Shown here: positions 62,055 through 64,000 of the stretch, piece after piece
Position numbering within the stretch: the stretch's first letter is position 1
How the letters are laid out: each line of letters opens with the position of its first letter
Source of the DNA: Psammoneis japonica
Lineage: Eukaryota
Direction of reading: 5' to 3'
NCBI GenBank assembly: GCA_008632985.1
Contig: QPGO01000131.1
Coordinates: 1-64,000 of the forward strand
Length of the DNA stretch: 64,000 nucleotides
Notes under the pieces: generated by a model
Databases searched by the model: none
Told to the model about the DNA's origin: nothing
What the model saw: only the letters and a program-made list of their open reading frames with translations
Translations under genes and position numbers: made by a program

Positions 62055-62721
62055 CCTTCTGACAGAATTTGAACAAGAATGACTCGCTCTTGCTCTGCCC
62101 CTGTCATTCAAGCATTGGTGGTGTCAGGTGGACATGGCGCAAGCAGAACTCTGGCCCACTGCAAGATCTGGTGCAACACCTTGCTGCTGTCTCCATGGCA
62201 GACAAGTCTCCATGCAGAGACCATCACAGGTGCCCCTGTGAACAATGAGGACATGTGTTCCAGGGTCAGGAACAGTTTCATTTTGGTCTGGCCAGGTGGA
62301 GGTGCCTGGTCTCATGCCTGTGATGACACGCCCAGATGTTCAGACACCCAGACAGCTGAGACACACAGTTGGTGTGACTCGAATCCAAGCCCACTCGCAC
62401 CAGAATGCACCACCATTGTCACCAACAGATCACTCCACTCCCCAACACAAAAACCATTGGAGGTCCAACAGGCATGACACCAGGCACCTCCCCCTGGCCA
62501 AACCAAAAGTTGTTTCTGACCCTGGAACACATGTCCCCATTGTTCACAGGGGCACCTGCAATGGCCTCTGCATGGAGACTTGTCTGCTGTGTAGACAGCA
62601 GTGAGGTGTTGCACCATGTCTGGGCTGGAGCTCTGCTTGCTGTGTCCACCTGAAGTCATTGACACTCAAATGACAGAGACAGAGCAAGAGTGAGTCATTC
62701 TTGTTCAAATTTTGTCAGAGG
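62055..62721. repeat. Long inverted repeat (arms about 62055-62321 and about 62468-62721, spacer about 145 bp)
   Basis: For example caggtgcccctgtgaacaatgaggacatgtgttccagggtcag vs ctgaccctggaacacatgtccccattgttcacaggggcacctg; also direct repeat acacaaaaaccattggaggtccaaca at about 62001 and about 62445. Confidence 0.92.
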
Positions 62722-64000
62722 TCCAGACAAGTGAAAAGGTGTTGGAAGTCCAACACCATTGGAAAAACTGCAGGGTGGACCTCAAGGGTTTTGGCTCAAA
62801 ATGCAAAAGGCCTCAAACTCCTCTTTTTTGATGACAAGCAAGCATTGTGATGATGAAATTTGAGCTGTCTGAAGGCATTGCTTTTGACCCTGTTGCTCCT
62901 GTTGGAAAGAAGTGTCGCTTTGGCATGGGTTCTGTTGTTCTGTTGCCAAGAAACAATCCGCGTCAATCTGGCAGGAAGAATTTGTTCAATCATGAGTGGG
63001 GGGCACTGCCTGTGTTGACACACATGCCAGACCAAGTTGATGGCAAACACCCCATGTCAATGTTGAACAAAACCCATGTGGCAAAGGAGCGCCAAACAAC
63101 AAACCTTCCCATTCAGCAACTCCTGCAGGAAACTGGAGGAGCAAGGAATTCCATTCAAACCCACTGCAACATGTGCAGAACTCAACACTCTGCTGCATCA
63201 AAACAAACAAGCTGTTTCTTTTTGCTGGACTGCAAACAAATCAAAGAGACTTCAGATGGGTTGGATTGCTGGGGTGTCAAACATCTTTCAATCACCTCCC
63301 ATGCCAGTCAATGCCACCCAAGGTTCCCACACAAAATGGCGCAGAGCAAAATTCAAAATCAACATCATCATCAACAACATGGCCTCAAGCTCCATTGCAT
63401 TGACTGCTGGATGAATGAAATGAACAAGGTGTTGTGTGCCAACACATGCCATGCTAGAAGATCTTGAGTGGCAGTCATGAAAAAATGCAGCTGGGGCCAT
63501 CCCCAGCCAAACCACAAGAGAAGACATGCTCAACAACATCAACCGGAGTGCCAGAAACTGACAAACATCAGCAGCAAGAGCTGTGCACACCAGAGATGTC
63601 AACATCAAAAGTGCAACATGTGGCTTGCATCCAACAAGACACCTCTCCACAGCCTGCAAAGAAGGCTGGTGTAAAAAGGAAGGCAGGGCAATGAAAACAT
63701 CAACAATGGCTTGATTTGAGAGCTGCTGGGCCTCACACCATGTCAAGAAGCACCCTGTCAACTGCAGCGCAGATGAGCCCATCAATGCAATGGCAGCTGC
63801 AATTGATGTGGATGGCAAAGTGAAGAATGCTGAAAGAGTGCGATGTCAACAGCCAACACAGCCGTGTCATCACATCCATCTCAGAGAGTGCAGTCTCCAT
63901 GTGAAGTGCACCACTCAAGCTTGAATGTTTTTGTGCATGACAGATGCAGCCATGGACTTGACAAAACCAGCAACAGACCAGAAACACAGTGAGGTGCAAA

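Larger units (their letters stand above)
58440..64000. other. Large TpA- and CpG-depleted island running off the window end
   Basis: Only on the order of 7 TA seen by eye in 61000-64000; TG/CA dominate. Confidence 0.9.

Noticed and set aside
58440..64000. Many overlapping ORFs in TpA-poor islands as real genes or an alternative genetic code
   Set aside because: Loss of TA removes TAA/TAG stops and Tyr codons in all six frames, producing spurious C/H/Q-rich ORFs; neighbouring genes use the standard code.

Overview
Eukaryotic nuclear DNA, very probably from a diatom. The evidence is compact genes with short GT-AG introns, bipartite ASAFAP-type plastid presequences on ALB3 and NAR1, and a CoDi-like copia relic. 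About 20 host genes are recognisable, among them a U32/RlhA-like protein, ALB3, PABPN1, a GRAM/VASt protein, a class-3 lipase, AAR2, CSN5, HSBP1, an HSF and NAR1. Several carry 1-2 nt frameshifts that look like consensus errors. Between the genes lie seven sharply bounded islands (about 1-300, 13290-15810, 23430-24590, 26220-30480, 33590-35850, 44950-46190, 58440-64000) in which TpA is almost absent and TpG/CpA is abundant. In the relic proteins inside them, tyrosines expected from the protein family appear as His or Cys. This points to a targeted TpA->TpG/CpA (A:T->G:C) hypermutation of transposons and captured genes, the mirror image of fungal RIP. The few surviving TpA sites are mostly in a YTAR context. 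One island is a 4.8-kb DNA transposon (25957-30734) with perfect 15-bp CAC-initiated TIRs, subterminal motifs offset by 10 bp between the two ends, and a decayed Chapaev/Transib/RAG1-like DDE transposase. It abuts a second CAC-ended MITE carrying 10-bp tandem repeats. All assignments were made by eye from motifs; no searches or genome-wide counts were run.
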